Shown here in pieces: positions 1-12,115 of a stretch of DNA of 64,000 nt. Location: contig OX597815.1 of the NCBI GenBank assembly GCA_951406725.2, positions 209,436,001 to 209,500,000 of the forward strand, in the 5' to 3' direction. How positions within the stretch are numbered: the stretch's first letter is position 1; each line of letters begins with the position of its first letter. The notes beneath the pieces are model-generated. The model was not told the origin of the DNA, did no database searches, and saw only the letters and a program-made list of their open reading frames with translations. The position numbers and the translations under genes are program-made. Source of the stretch: Octopus vulgaris. Taxonomy: Eukaryota.

Positions 1-89
1 TAAGCCTTTTTACTCCTACTCCAAACCTGCCGTAACCTTTTCCACTGACACATAACCCAAGCCAATGTGGAGGTACTTTAGGCAGTTAT

Positions 90-812
90 TCATCATCATC
101 ATCATCATCATCGTTTAGTGTCCGATTTCCATGCTAGCATGGGTTGGACGGTTCAACTGGGGTCTGGGAAGCCAGAAGGCTGCACCAGGCCCAGTCTGAT
201 CTGGCAATGGTTCTACGGCTGGATGCCCTTCCTAACGCCAACCACTCCGTGAGTGTAGTGTGTGCTTTTTATGTGCCATCGGCACAGGTGCCGGACGAGG
301 CTGGCAAACGGCCACGATCGGATGGTGCTTTTACGTGCCACGGGCATGGGGGCCAGGCGAGGCTGGCAACGGCCACGAACGGATGGTGCTTTTTACATGC
401 CACTGCCACGAGGCCAGTCGGGGTGGCACTGGCAACAGCCATGTTTGGATGGTTCTCTTACGTGCCACCGGCACTGGTATCACTGCTGCAATTTCCATTG
501 ATGTTGATCGATTTCGATTCTCACTTGCCTTAACAGGTCTTCACAAGTAGAGTTTTGTGTCCCAAGAAGGAAAGGTATGCATAAGTGGACTGGCTACATC
601 TCGTGTAGAGGCCACAGGTTATCGTCTCACTTGTCCTGCCAGGTCTTCTCACGCACAGCATACTTCCAAAGGTCTCGGCCTCTAGTCATTTCCTCACTGA
701 GACCTAAAGTTCAAAATTCATGCTTTACCACCTCGTCCCAGGTTTTCTTGGGTCTGCTTCTTCCACAGGTTCCCTGAACCGCTTGGGTGTGGCACTTTTT
801 CACACAACTATT
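90..812 (-). mobile_element. 3' end of RTE-clade LINE (ORF2 C-terminus, 3'UTR with ~55-60 bp internal tandem repeats, (GAT)n tail)
   Basis: Minus translation near 640-780 gives GTCGRSRPKKTWDEVVK...RDLWKYAV, matching the RTE 'RGRPRKTW' end. The unit 'gtgctttttacgtgccaccggcac' recurs. (CAT)n at 91-112. Confidence 0.75.
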
Positions 813-1311
813 TGCACCAGCCTTTGCATAACCATTCAATCAACTAAAAAGAGTTGCCAAACCTTCCTCATCCCATGCACTATGATACGTTTTGAAAAGA
901 AGACACTGAATCATGTTGTTCCATAGATGGTGTTTGTACAAAAGACAGGATGGTCATGGCTGGGTTGCTCCCGGTCATTGCTTTGCTTGATTTGGGTTGG
1001 TCTTGGATGTAACTAGAACTATGGAAATAACTGATACATCCAGTTTTCTTTCCTGTAGATCCTGGATATAGTTTCACTGGAGTTACTTCCTCAGAAGTTA
1101 CACTTTCTTCAATGCAGCACCTGAAGAAATAAAGTTCAGAATTGGAGACCTGTGAGAACTCAATAGCATTATTATTGTTTAGAATGAACCTGAAGCTGCA
1201 ACAACATTATTGGTTAATATTGGTTAAAATGTATCTAAAAGCTGTAGAAGGAATTTAAGATATTGATGAGTGGAACCCAAGTTAAAGAAATGAGTGAACA
1301 AACATGGCTTA

Positions 1312-1470
1312 TAATAATAATGTTCGTCCTTCGGGTTCGAAGATGACCATTGACATCATTTGGTGGAATTGCTGCTATGAGACCGGAGGTGGCTGGTGAG
1401 GCCAATCTGGGCAAGAAAGCCCCTCCCACAGGTGGGGCAGAAGTGGGTAGGGGCTGTGCTATTGGTACAG
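1312..1470 (-). mobile_element. 3' terminus of a second RTE-type LINE family
   Basis: Minus frame reads PTHFCPTCGRGFLAQIGLTSHLRSH, followed by 'cttcgaacccgaaggacgaac' and an (ATT)n tail. The same end occurs inverted at 14165-14275. Confidence 0.7.
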
Positions 1471-1796
1471 GTGGCTCTGGCTTTCCGCATCTGGCTTATA
1501 ATGGCTACTAAACGTTAACAAGATTTCTAAAAAGCGAAAATACTTTTTCTGGTGTGCAAGAAGGTGACAGAAACACATTCTATATGATGGAATCAGATAA
1601 TATTGGAGAACGTGTGGTATTTCAGCTACACAGTTTGAGCAGCATAATTATAGATATACCAGATCCAGATCTGTAGCTCAGCTGTGTCATCTGTCTATGA
1701 TTGAAGCCCACAGATTGTTTGAATGGCCCAAGATAAATGCTCCTCTCTAGCTGTTTTGTTATTCATCTATTTCTCCAAATAGTCTTACGTGATGGG

Positions 1797-2326
1797 TTAA
1801 CTCCATCTGGCAGACACCTTTTGCATATGCAAATGGTCATGAATGATAGTTTCCACAGACCCGGTACTAATCTTGACCTTATGGGCTATTTGGCGAATAG
1901 TTATGCGTCGATCTTCCAAAATGGCAGCCTCAACTTGACGGACAGACGTCTCATCAACGGCAGAAGGGGCGACCAGATCTGGGAGCTGTTTCCACAGAGT
2001 TCCGACTATGTTTGAATTCACAATGCCAGCGTTTTACAAGGTCATATGATGGGGCATCATCACCATAAGTTACTTTCATTTCATCAAAAGTCTCCCGTGG
2101 TGTGCGTCCTTTCAAATGCAAAAACCAGATCACTGCTCGACACTCAACAGGCTCCATTTCACACTTGACTCAGTTCAAACACCTGTAAATCAGAAACCAC
2201 AATGAGTTCACAGTTGTAATTCGCCACTTTATCTATAGAGGTATAAATAAGTGCACATGCAAAATTTCAGCTAGATCAAACAACTGCAAGTGGGTCAGGG
2301 GCATTACTTATTGAACGCCCCTCGTA
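1797..2326 (-). mobile_element. 5' portion of mariner DNA transposon (truncated, frameshifted)
   Basis: ORFs 1954-2157 and 1797-2021 encode a mariner HTH (RAVIWFLHLKG...SGRP; DRRITIRQIA...KVSARW). TIR-like end TACGAGGGGCGTTCAATAAGTAATGCC next to TA. Confidence 0.85.
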
Positions 2327-2810
2327 TATATTATATATATTTATGTCTGTGTTTGTTCCTCCCTCCTCCTTGTTCACATTGCCGTAACCTAGCAGTTCAG
2401 CAAAGTGACCAACAGAATAAGTACTAGGCTTTAAAATAATTCCTGGGGTTTAATTCATCATCATCATCATCATCGTTTAACGTCCGTTTTCCGTGCTAGC
2501 ACGGGTTGGACGGTTCGACCGGGGTTTGAGAAGCCAGGAGGCTGCACCAGGCTCCAATCTGATCTGGCAGTGTTTCTGCAGCTGGATGCCCTTCCTAACG
2601 CCAACCACTCCGTGAGTGTAGTGGGTGCTTTTTACGTGCCACCGGCACAGGTGCCAGGGGAATCTGGCAGCAGGTCACGATTGGTTGGTGCTTTTTACGT
2701 GTCACCGGCACAGAAGCCAGTCGTAATTGTTTAACAAAATACATTTCAAGGCAGTGCTCCAGTATGGTTGCAGTTAAGTGACTGGAACAAGTAAAAGAAT
2801 AAAAGAAAGT
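2327..2810 (+). mobile_element. 3' half of family A SINE with a nested minus-strand RTE 3'UTR fragment (~2455-2722)
   Basis: SINE motifs 'agaataagtactaggct' and 'gtgctccagtatgg...acaagtaaaagaa' are split by a (CAT)n-tailed copy of the 90-300 sequence. Confidence 0.7.
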
Positions 2811-2830
2811 CATAGCTGGAACACTTTGAA

Positions 2831-3049
2831 CCTTTTAGCATTCAGGTTTCTTTGTTAAATGTGATGCTTATTTATTCACATTGCTTTGAATTAATCATGC
2901 ATTATCTTATGGCTTCAAGATTTGAATGCTGTGTTTCTATACTTTTAGAATGACATTGTAGTACAGGTGTGAGAGGCTAGATCTGGTCAGTTTTAACATA
3001 AAATGGTAGAATATTTGGGATGGATATGGCTGGATTAAATGCTAAAGGG
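2831..3049. mobile_element. piggyBac-like MITE
   Basis: Termini CCTTTTAGCATT / AATGCTAAAGGG. TTAA on the right (3050-3053) and degenerate TGAA on the left. Confidence 0.55.
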
Positions 3050-3159
3050 TTAATTACAAGTCTATTCTGCTTGGGCCAAACAACAGCATCAGCAACATTC
3101 AAAGCAGAAATAGGGAAATTATGGAAACTGAATGTGAACTATGAAGACACGTCAAGCTA

Positions 3160-3680
3160 CCGTAAATCCTTGAGTATAATCCACATTTTTTTCTCAAAAT
3201 TTAAAGGTCAAAATCCGTAGTGCGAACTATATACGAGGTTAAAAATGAAAACATATTTTCTAAGCAATATCCAAATCTCTATTTACTGTCCAGCAATGTT
3301 TATTCAGACATATTTTGTGATGACGGGTGCAAAAATGCCTTAAGCTAAGCCTGAAAGCAATGAAGTCATAAAAGAATCATCCAATACTTGCAGTAAGCAA
3401 CATTTATTAAAATAAAAGTATTTAGAACACAGAATGGCATGTAACAAAAACAATTTGCAAACATTTACATTCCCATATAACAGTTAAGAACACCACCATT
3501 ATTGTATTACGCATGCGTGGAAGTGTTTGTTCGACTAGGTGCTGCTGGCTTAATTACGCACGACTCAAGTTAGAGAAGGGGTGTGTATTATACACAAGGT
3601 TTAGGTTTTTCAGAGGTACAGCCCCTTAAAAATCCCCTGCGTATTATACTCAAGGGTGGACTATACTCAAGGATTTACAG
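3160..3680. mobile_element. Tc1/pogo-type MITE (~520 bp), copy 1
   Basis: TIR CCGTAAATCCTTGAGTATA ... TATACTCAAGGATTTACAG with TA flanks. Homologous along its length to 37152-37676. Confidence 0.85.
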
Positions 3681-3689
3681 TATGTGAAA

Positions 3690-4092
3690 TTGTAGTCATG
3701 GCCAGCGCTGGTGATATGTAGGAGGCCCCCATGTTTGTGACATGTGCATAGAGTAGAAAAGGATATTTTTTTCATCCCACAATCTTTAGTCAATCACTCT
3801 GTGGAGTGGTTGGTATGTAAAAGGTACCCATGCCAGTAGCATGTAAAAGGCACTCATATCGGTGATACAGAAAAGGCACCCATGCCAGTGACATGTAAAG
3901 AGTCTCTGTGCTATAATATGTAAAAAACACCCAGTACACTCTATGGAGAGGTTGGCATTAGGGAGGGCATCCAGCCTCAGAAACCAAGCCCAAACAGATT
4001 GGAGCCTGGTGCAGCTCCCTAGCTTACCAGTTCTAGCCAAGCCATCTTACCCATGGATAAGGGCTGCTAAATGATGATGATGATGATGATGA
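3690..4092 (+). mobile_element. degenerate RTE 3'UTR fragment with (GAT)n tail
   Basis: 'gttggcattagggagggcatccagc' and repeated 'atgtaaaaggcacc' are the reverse complement of the 90-500 family. (GAT)n at 4071-4092. Confidence 0.6.
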
Positions 4093-4131
4093 ATTTCAAG
4101 GGCAAGCTAAACACATGCTCACAACTTGGGG

Positions 4132-4556
4132 TAGTTAGTTAGTTAGTTAGTTAATTTGGCTCAAAAGCAAATAGCAAGGCCATGTAGGGGGACATGGAGT
4201 TAAGTACAGGGTGGTGTTCATGTAAAGAGTTCAGGCCACTTGAGGTCCAGGGAGGCTTTGAACAAAGCGGTCGTCGGCATCTTCACCATCTCGTCTAGCA
4301 GCTTGTTCCACGGATCCGCAACCCGGACGGAGAAAGCTCCTCTCCTTCGATTGAGATGAAATCGTCGCAGGTAGAGCTTTTCGGAATGACCCCGCAGCCG
4401 ACGCTCTGGAGCAGGAGTGAAGAACAGCTCTTTTGAGAGGTTACACTTTCCGCTTATGATGCTGTGGGCGAGAATGAGATCACCACGGCGGCGGCGTTTT
4501 TCTAGAGAATAAAGGCCGAGCGTCCTCAGCCTTTCTTCATAGGACAAATTTTTGAG
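4132..4556 (-). mobile_element. CR1-like LINE 3' end
   Basis: ORF 4218-4547 reads SYEERLRTLGLYSLEKRRRRGDLI...FSVRVADPWNKL, typical of CR1 ORF2 ends. (TAAC)n tail. Confidence 0.85.
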
Positions 4557-4998
4557 GTATTTACTAGGTAAGCAGTATAGCAGCTTTCCAATTCTCAGTT
4601 CTGAGTGATTTCAGCTAGAAAGCTCAGTATTCAAAGATCTTCCTTTGGTCTGTCACTGCATCCATCTCTTCGTAATATATATTTTTTCATCCCACAATCT
4701 TTAGTCATTCCCTGTATACGTCCATGTTCAACACATTCTTCTTGTAAACAAGTAAATTAACATATTGGAACAATTAACAATTTCAATACAAATAGAATAG
4801 TCTGTCAAGCGTTTTTTTTCTGTTTCTTATCAAGTGTCTTTAAGAAGAAATTCTATTTTACCAAAGCAAATATTTTCATTTCTAAACTCTTCTTTCTCTT
4901 TAGACAATACAATTGGACATCTGCTCAATGACACTGTTTGATAATAGCCTAACATCCTTTTTGAGCCTTTTCCAATATATTTCATTAATTCTTTTAAA

Positions 4999-5186
4999 AT
5001 AGAGGTTTTCAACTAGTGTCCATATGGCCCTTGGGGGTCCATATAAGATTTTGTTGTCAAAATGTATCTGCAATAAATTGTTTATACTTCTGCAATGCAC
5101 AAAATGCTTTAATATTTTTTTTTATATTAATCCTATTAATATGAAATTATAAAAAATGCAGTAAGAGTTTATTTTACATACATTGA
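4999..5186. mobile_element. hAT/Charlie-like MITE end
   Basis: 'agaggttttcaactagtgtccatatggcccttgggggtcc' resembles the CAGGGGTTCTCAAC...GGGGTCC terminus. It interrupts the Helitron between two adjacent motifs. Confidence 0.4.
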
Positions 5187-5578
5187 AAGCTGGCAGTATC
5201 GTTAGCACGACGGGCTAAAAGTTTAGCAGTATTTCGTCTGCCGTTACGTTCCGAGTTCAAATTCCGCCGAGGTCGACTTTGCCTTTCATCCTTTCGGAGT
5301 CGATAAATTAAGTACCAGTTACGCACTGAGGTCGATGTAATCAACTTAATCCGTTTGTCTGTCCTTGTTTGTCCCCTCTGTGTTTAGCCCCTTGTGGGTA
5401 GTAAAGAAATAGGTATTTCGTAAGTCTTTATGTTCTGAGTTCAAATTTTCTCACCGTTGATTTTGCCTTACATTTCGCGGGCAATAGAATAAGTACCAGT
5501 CGAGCCCTGGAGTCGATGTAATCACCGAACCCCCTCTTGCGAAATTTCAGGCCTTGTGTCTATCATAGAAAAGATTAA
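5187..5578 (+). mobile_element. family M SINE (central domain GCCTTTCATCCTTTCGGGGTCGATAAA..AAGTACCAG), dimeric
   Basis: tRNA-like head with B-box GAGTTCAAATTCC. A second partial unit follows via the junction AAAGAAATAGGTATTTCG. Confidence 0.8.
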
Positions 5579-8500
5579 TAGGCGTTCAATGCTTTGGATT
5601 TAATGTAACTTTATATGGTGTAATCTAATAACAATCTACTATGAACTAATCCAACGATTGCATACTTTGAACTCAGATTTGTGTGATTTCAGGATCTGTC
5701 GCCAACTTTTTCGGTTCAGTATCTGTAGTTAGATAGAAATTTTCCGTTATAACATATTGGTTTGAGAATTATATCGGAAATCCTTCCTCACATTTGTGAT
5801 CTGCCTGCCCATTTGACATGCATGGACTATTGAGATTAATACTTTTACGAGAAACATGGATAATAATCTTAACTATTTGGAAGAACAAAGTATTCCTTTC
5901 ATCATCTGGGCTCTCAGTGCAAATGAATCAAATAACAAGAGCTAATAGGTTTGATTTATTTTCTGCTAAGATTATAAAATTACGACCATGTGGCAATCCT
6001 TTTTTCTGTTCCTCTTTCATGTATACATAAACGATATCTTTTCGACTCCTCACAAGGCAAATCAGGAAGAAACGATTTTAACTTTTGATGAAATCCTTTT
6101 AATGTAATATCTAGTTGGGCACTTAAATTTTATCTGGGAAAATCGACAACTTATCTTCTTTTTTAATTTGGACTTGTTGCAGAAATAATGAAAATTTGTG
6201 ACTTTCTGTTGTACTTGGCGATACTTCCAGACTCTTGAAGTGTTTCGGTATGGCACCTAGGTGTTCTATATTCCCTCTTGATAATTGTTTTCTGCTCTGA
6301 TGCCATCGTCCCCTTCTGCAGTATTCAAAAGGCCTTGTCCACGAGAATTATTTCTAGTCATCCGTACCGATTAGATGGAGACATTATTTCTAGTTATGCC
6401 TGCATCACTTTTTTTCATTTCTCCCTTAAATTATTCATTATTACCAAAAGGAAACATGATGCAGGGAAGAGCATTGCAGCTTCGATGTGATTCCATGTTC
6501 GGTGACAACCTCTTCCAGGCCTTCTATTGTCTCGTTAAGCTGCAGAACAACTTCGCTTGAATTAAGCATATTATATTGACTGTTAGCCAACATTTAGCTT
6601 CTTTTCTGCTCCCAAAACCAATTTAACCTTTTCTCTTCTGATACGCTCTATGGCAGATTAAAATTTCTAGTGTATGGATTAACATAATACAAGCATTTTT
6701 GCATTTTAACTACCAGGCCAGAGTGTAGGGTTGAATTGTTTTATAAGCTGTTTGTTATCTCATACTTTGTGTCGTAATGGAAAATCAAAGCAAACTTTAG
6801 TCACTGGTTTTCAGATGGAACTAGTGCTCCAAATCTGTGATAAACCTTTCTGTACAATTTTAGCAACGAACTATAACCTAATAGTATTGATTTCCGACAG
6901 CCTAGAGTATCCCATGGCCATGGAACTGTTGTAATTTCTGACCGCAGTAAAGAAATGATTGACATAATAAAAATGTTGTTTTATCTCTGCCGAAGAATCT
7001 GATAATGGTTTGAGTTTAATATTGCCTTTAGCGCTACAGTGATCTGGAGCCGCGACTTCAAATTTTAGTGTATTACAGTCGTTACACTCGCTTCCATTAT
7101 TATCAAAGAAACTCCTAGCCTTGCTTTGACAGCCAACGATTATGGGTAGACTCCAGTCTCTTTCAAGACTCGAGCTTGTGCGAGTCTCTTTGTTTCCCTT
7201 ATTCAGTTGCACATTGAAGTTGTTTCCTTTCGCGTTCCTCCACTTTGCTGTGATTTCTTAGTATTACATTTAATTTGACTTCGCACATGAAAAGTCCTCA
7301 AAAGTGCTCAACTGGTACTTATTTTATCGATCCCAAAAGAATGAAAGGCAAAGTCAACCTTGGCGGAATTTGAACTCCGAATGTAAAGACCGACGAAATA
7401 CTTCTGAGCATTTTTTTCCCAGCATGCTAACGTTTCTGCCAGATCACCGCTTAATATGGAATAATCCTAATACAGAAGTCTTGAAATTATTTGGTGGGAG
7501 GGTGCTAGCCGATTACAGGGCCCAACTGTCACTTATTTCATCGATCCCCAAAAGAGTGAAAAGCAAAGTTAACCTCCGGTGGAAGTGGTGCTGTGTCACT
7601 TGCTGAAAATTTGTTAATGCCATTGTTTCATTCTTCCTATCTCATTCTCTGTTACTCAACTTCAACTTAACTTCGCTCAAGCAGTATAGCAGCTTTCCAA
7701 TTCTCAATTCTGAGTGATTTCAGCTAGAAAGCTCAGTATTCTGGTGTGCAAGAAGGTGACAGAAACACATTCTATATGATGGAATCAGATAATATTGGAG
7801 AACGTGTGGTATTTCAGCTACACAGTTTGAGCAGCATAATTATAGATATACCAGATCCAGATCTGTAGCTGTCTATGATTGAAGCCCACAGATTGTTTGA
7901 ATGGCCCAAGATAAATGCTTCTCTCTAGCTGGAAGAGAAGAGAAGGACAGGAAAATGTGTGCATGTCCTTCGCTAAGTGGATTCCCTGGACAACACTGCC
8001 ACTTCAACATTCAATGGTGCACCCTCAGATATACCCCACTTTAGTATTATTACAAATTCATGCCCACCCAGAATATTCTAAATCACCCCCAAACACCAAA
8101 ATCTGGTGACGGGCCTGAATGTATGAGAAAATTACTTTAACAACTGTATGAGCACTTATTCCTCATTGTAACAGAATTGTTTGCACAGACAGATACAAAC
8201 ACGAAACCTGTTCTGTGTTTCTCCCGCCTCTTTCCTTTACTCCACCTGTACGGCTGCACATTGTAGATGTCTTCCATTCCTTTTTGAAGGTGGCCACAGA
8301 CACAAAGACTTTATGCAAATTTGTTTAGATTAAACAAATTACGTAGATATCTTATTAAAGATGTAATGTAAATGAAATGACAATTACAAATTTTCATTTC
8401 CATTTTCGAATCTTTTGGGTAATGAATTTTGAATATTGTAAACATGTTTACTGAGTCTAAATAGACTAACCGTTTTTGATAGCGTTTAAATTGTTTCTTT

Positions 8501-9164
8501 TGAAGATAAAACGAAATTATTAATTAATCAGTTAATAGTGTTGTTAGTTAAAAAACGAATGCTACCAGAATTTTCAACAAAAGAATGTTGCAACTACAAA
8601 TACTTTTGCTTTTACTCGCATTGCTTTTTAACATCGATGCAAGAAGGGTTCCGTTGATTGAATTGACTTTTTTTAGGTGATTGGTACTTAGTTTATTGAC
8701 ATCGAGAGGAACCAAAGTGTTATTTGAATCCGTTATATAAAAGGATGTAATTAAATTACAGTGAGGCCTTTTCTCTGCTGTTTTACTAGTTCTGCCATCT
8801 ATCGCTCTCTACCTTGCTGTTGATATCAATACTGGTATATGGGTTGGTGGGGAACGGCAAAATCGATAAAGCGTCAGAAAAATTACTTTATGGCATTCAA
8901 ATTTTTCTCAATTTTCCTTTCAATCCTGTGGGATCTTGAACAGCAATCCACATCATAAGCTAAATACCTAGTAAGTATTGAAATCGACTTAACTAAGTGT
9001 CCTTGTCCCACACTTGAACGTGTGGTCTTGTGACATAGATATCGATATTAATTCTCTCAATAGTCCGATCAATACTTGAGTCAGTAGCGCACCGAATAAA
9101 GTACCTTGATGTATTTAGCTGTCTTTCTGAAAACCAATAGCAACAACAGCAACACATCAGTCAT

Positions 9165-9552
9165 GTATTCTTTTCTACTCTAGACACAAAGCTCAAAATA
9201 TTTGGGGAGGGACTAGTCGATTAGATCGACTCCAGTACGCAACTGGTACTTAATTTATCAACCCCGAAAGGATGAAAGGTAAAGTCGACCTAGGCGGAAT
9301 TTGAACTCAAAACGTAAAGCCAGAGGAAATACCTATTTCTTTACTACCCACAAGGAGCTAAACACAGAGGGGCAAACAAGGACAGACAAACAGATTAAGT
9401 CGATTATATCGACCTCAGTGCGTAATCGATCCCAAAAGGATGAAAGGCAAAGTCGACCTAGGCAGAATTTGAACTCAGAACGTAACGGTAGACGAAATCC
9501 CGCTAAGCATTTCGTCCGGCGTGCTAACGTTTCTGCCAGCTCGCTGCCTTAC
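9165..9552 (-). mobile_element. family M SINE, multimeric
   Basis: Reverse complement of the 5187 element with the same internal junction near 9325-9345. Further fragments lie near 7300-7585, 32490-32830, 40725-40980 and 57937-58130. Confidence 0.75.
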
Positions 9553-9595
9553 TTCAGCCATCTATTGGCAGAACCTATAAGAGGAGGATTCCGTT

Positions 9596-9960
9596 GAGTT
9601 AAGTTAAGTTAATTTTTTGGCTCAAAAAGCAAAAAGCAAGGCCATGTAAGGGGACATGAAGTTATGTACAGGGTGGTGTTTATGCAAAGAGTTCAGGCCA
9701 TTTCTGGTCAAGAGAGACTTTGAACCGAGCGGTCGCCGGCATCTTCCCTATCTCGTCCGGCAGCTTATTCCACGGATCCGCAACCCGGACGGAGAAAGCC
9801 CCGCTCCTTCGATTGAGATGAAATCGTCGCAGATAGAGCTTTTCGGAATGACCCCGCAGCCGACGCTCTGGAGCAGGAGTGAAGAACAGCTCTTTCGAGA
9901 GGTTACACTTTCCGCTTATGATGTTGTGAGCAAGAATGAGATCACCACGGCGTCGTCGTT
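9596..9960 (-). mobile_element. CR1-like LINE 3' end, second copy
   Basis: ORF 9680-9970 is nearly identical in protein to ORF 4218-4547. The tail here is (TAACT)n. Confidence 0.85.
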
Positions 9961-10733
9961 GATATATCATCCCGGGGCCTGGAAGTGACGCGTGGATATG
10001 TGACTGGTCTCGTCTTCAGAAAGATCACCATAACCGCCCCCATCTTAGTCAAGAGGGTCCGAAAGAACTCTTGCTCTGCCATGCAAAATTTTTCTTGGAG
10101 GTTCTGTATAATGATATCATCCTCGCCCCGCCAAAGTACCATTTTCCCGAAATTAGTAATTAATATTTTTAATCTTCTGATGACTTTGTGAAGTGAAGTG
10201 AAATGACTTTTGATTAGCGAAGTTAATTTACTTCTACACTTCTGGTAAAAAGTAAAAAACAAAAACAAAAACAAAAACATATGAGCATCGTCAATTTCAT
10301 TTCACTTTACTATAATTTATTTGCATTATTCTTAATTAAAAAAATTAAGTTAAAAAATTTTTTTTTTACTCTTTTATATGAATCTTTCTATGGTACCACA
10401 GACATAATTATTTTCTATTGTAAGAATTACTATTTTTTTTTGTAGTAAGGACGGCTTTACTACAACCAATCACTCACCTGTGAAGTAGATTTTGAACCTG
10501 ATTTACCAAATGAAAAATATTTTTAAAAAATGCTTTATTCCTACAATCAATTATAGGATAGATCACATTTGAAGTTATAACATTTAAATACAAAGAAAGA
10601 ACTGCAAAATCGTGACAATGGTGGTTCGTCTGAGAAATAAGTCCCACGAGGGGGAGTGACTACCGTAGTGAGTAGAGCTGGTCATTTTCTGTGGCAATAC
10701 CTATTTCTTTACTACCCACAAGTTAGCGGTGAC

Positions 10734-11225
10734 TATCCCTGAAAGGAAGGGCGGAGGTAGCAAATGCGTTTATCGCATCTGTGATCACCTACCGCCTAAC
10801 CGTCGTGCCTTGCTCAGATTCATGGCTGAACAAGTTGGAACAATTGCACTTCCGGTTTTTGTGGAGGGGCAAAGGACATCTTGTGAGGCGCTCTATCTGC
10901 TGCCAATAACTGCTAAAGGGTGGACTAAGAATGTCTTGGCTGCTGATGCACAGACATGCACTGAGGCTGAGGCATCTCCGGCTTCATCTGGATGGTGAAC
11001 AGGTGTGGTCTCCGTTTGTCAGACAGACTCTTCCCCGGTTCACTGGCTTCGGTGAATTAGAACACTGGATTAAGCGTAGACCAAGATTGGGTGCTTGGCA
11101 AGCCGAGTGTCGTAAGACATTCGTGCTCCTCTTCCAGATTGGTAATGCCGAGAACGGAGGTTCCACCACGTCACTTTATAGAGGGTTGGTAGAGGCCAAG
11201 TGTGACGACACCCTGGGCTTAGATG
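10734..11225 (+). mobile_element. Tx1/L1-clade LINE ORF2 fragment (post-RT region)
   Basis: LSLKGRAEVANAFIASVITYRLTVVP...FRFLWRGK..VRRSICCQ*LLKGGLRMSWLLMHRHALRLRHL matches the L1/Tx1 pattern LSLxGR..FLW..GGLG. Confidence 0.75.
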
Positions 11226-11320
11226 ATGGCAACCGCATATCTTTCAGTAAATATCGAAGCAACACGCCCACAATAATGACAGGCGACATAATCATGAGGT
11301 ACTAACCTAATTATTCCACT

Positions 11321-11688
11321 GGCCTGGCTATGTGGTAAGAGGTTTGCTTCTCAACTACATGGTCCTGAGTTCAGTATCACTGCATGGTTCCTTGAGCATG
11401 TGTCTTCTATTATAGCTTCAGGCTGACCAAAGCCTTGTAAATGGATTTGGTTGTGGAAAACTGAAAGAAGCCTATCGTGTATATATATATATATATATAT
11501 CAAAAGAAAAACAGGATGCAAAGGATTTAACGGTACTTATGTTTCCGGCTTTATTAGACAGTTTATATCAATGCATAATTGATGTAATATCTATGTCAAT
11601 AGCCTTCTGATAAATATACCCTACCACCTACACCACTAACTGGCGTATACAAGTGCTTATTGTTATCAAGTATTCACCCTGAATTTTT

Positions 11689-11742
<54 letters not shown>

Positions 11743-11935
11743 AGTTCAGATAAACGAATAATGAAATTAACGGACAACAAGAGTACGTGCACAAGGAATG
11801 TATTAGCTTCACGCTCAGTGAAAAGAGAGAGTTTGACGTTTCGAGCATAGCTCTTCGTCGGAAAGGAGAAAGGAAAATGTCCTTAGAAGGAAAAGAAATT
11901 GCCAACAGCACGTGTATAGTTACATTGCTGTGTGT

Positions 11936-11973
<38 letters not shown>

Positions 11974-12115
11974 ATCTTTGTATTTGTGTTTGTTCTCTAC
12001 TATCGTTTGTTCGGCGAAAAGAAACCGATGGAGTAAGTACTAGGCTTAGAACAAAAAAGAAAAAAAAAAAGGAAGAAATTACTGTGGTCGATTTGTTCAA
12101 CTAAACCCTTTAAGG
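11321..12115 (+). mobile_element. family A SINE whose internal (TA)n tract hosts Penelope-like inserts (11481-11925)
   Basis: Head 'tggctatgtggtaag...ctgaaagaagcctatcg' ends at ~11480. The body resumes after the (TG)n tract at ~11975. Confidence 0.65.
11832..11864 (-). ncRNA. minimal type I hammerhead-like motif (Penelope pLTR type), core variant CCGACGA
   Basis: Minus strand: UUU CCGACGA A GAGC UAU GCUC GAAA CG UC AAA. Stem II has 4 bp, stem III is the minimal palindromic ACGU, stem I has only 3 bp. Confidence 0.5.

Larger units (their letters stand above)
4557..7260 (-). mobile_element. decayed Helitron RepHel (zinc finger + Rep region), interrupted at ~4999-5578
   Basis: Colinear Helitron motifs by hand translation: CNDCNTLKFE..C..GNIKLKPL; FFTAVRNYNSSMAMG; VYHRFGALVP..KFALIFHYDT; IMFPFG; YMKEEQKKGLPHG (cf. 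EFQKRGLPH); NSPCMSNG..C.EGFP; NRWI; LMKYIGKGSKR (cf. KYxxKGxDR); RIGKLLY..P. Confidence 0.8.
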
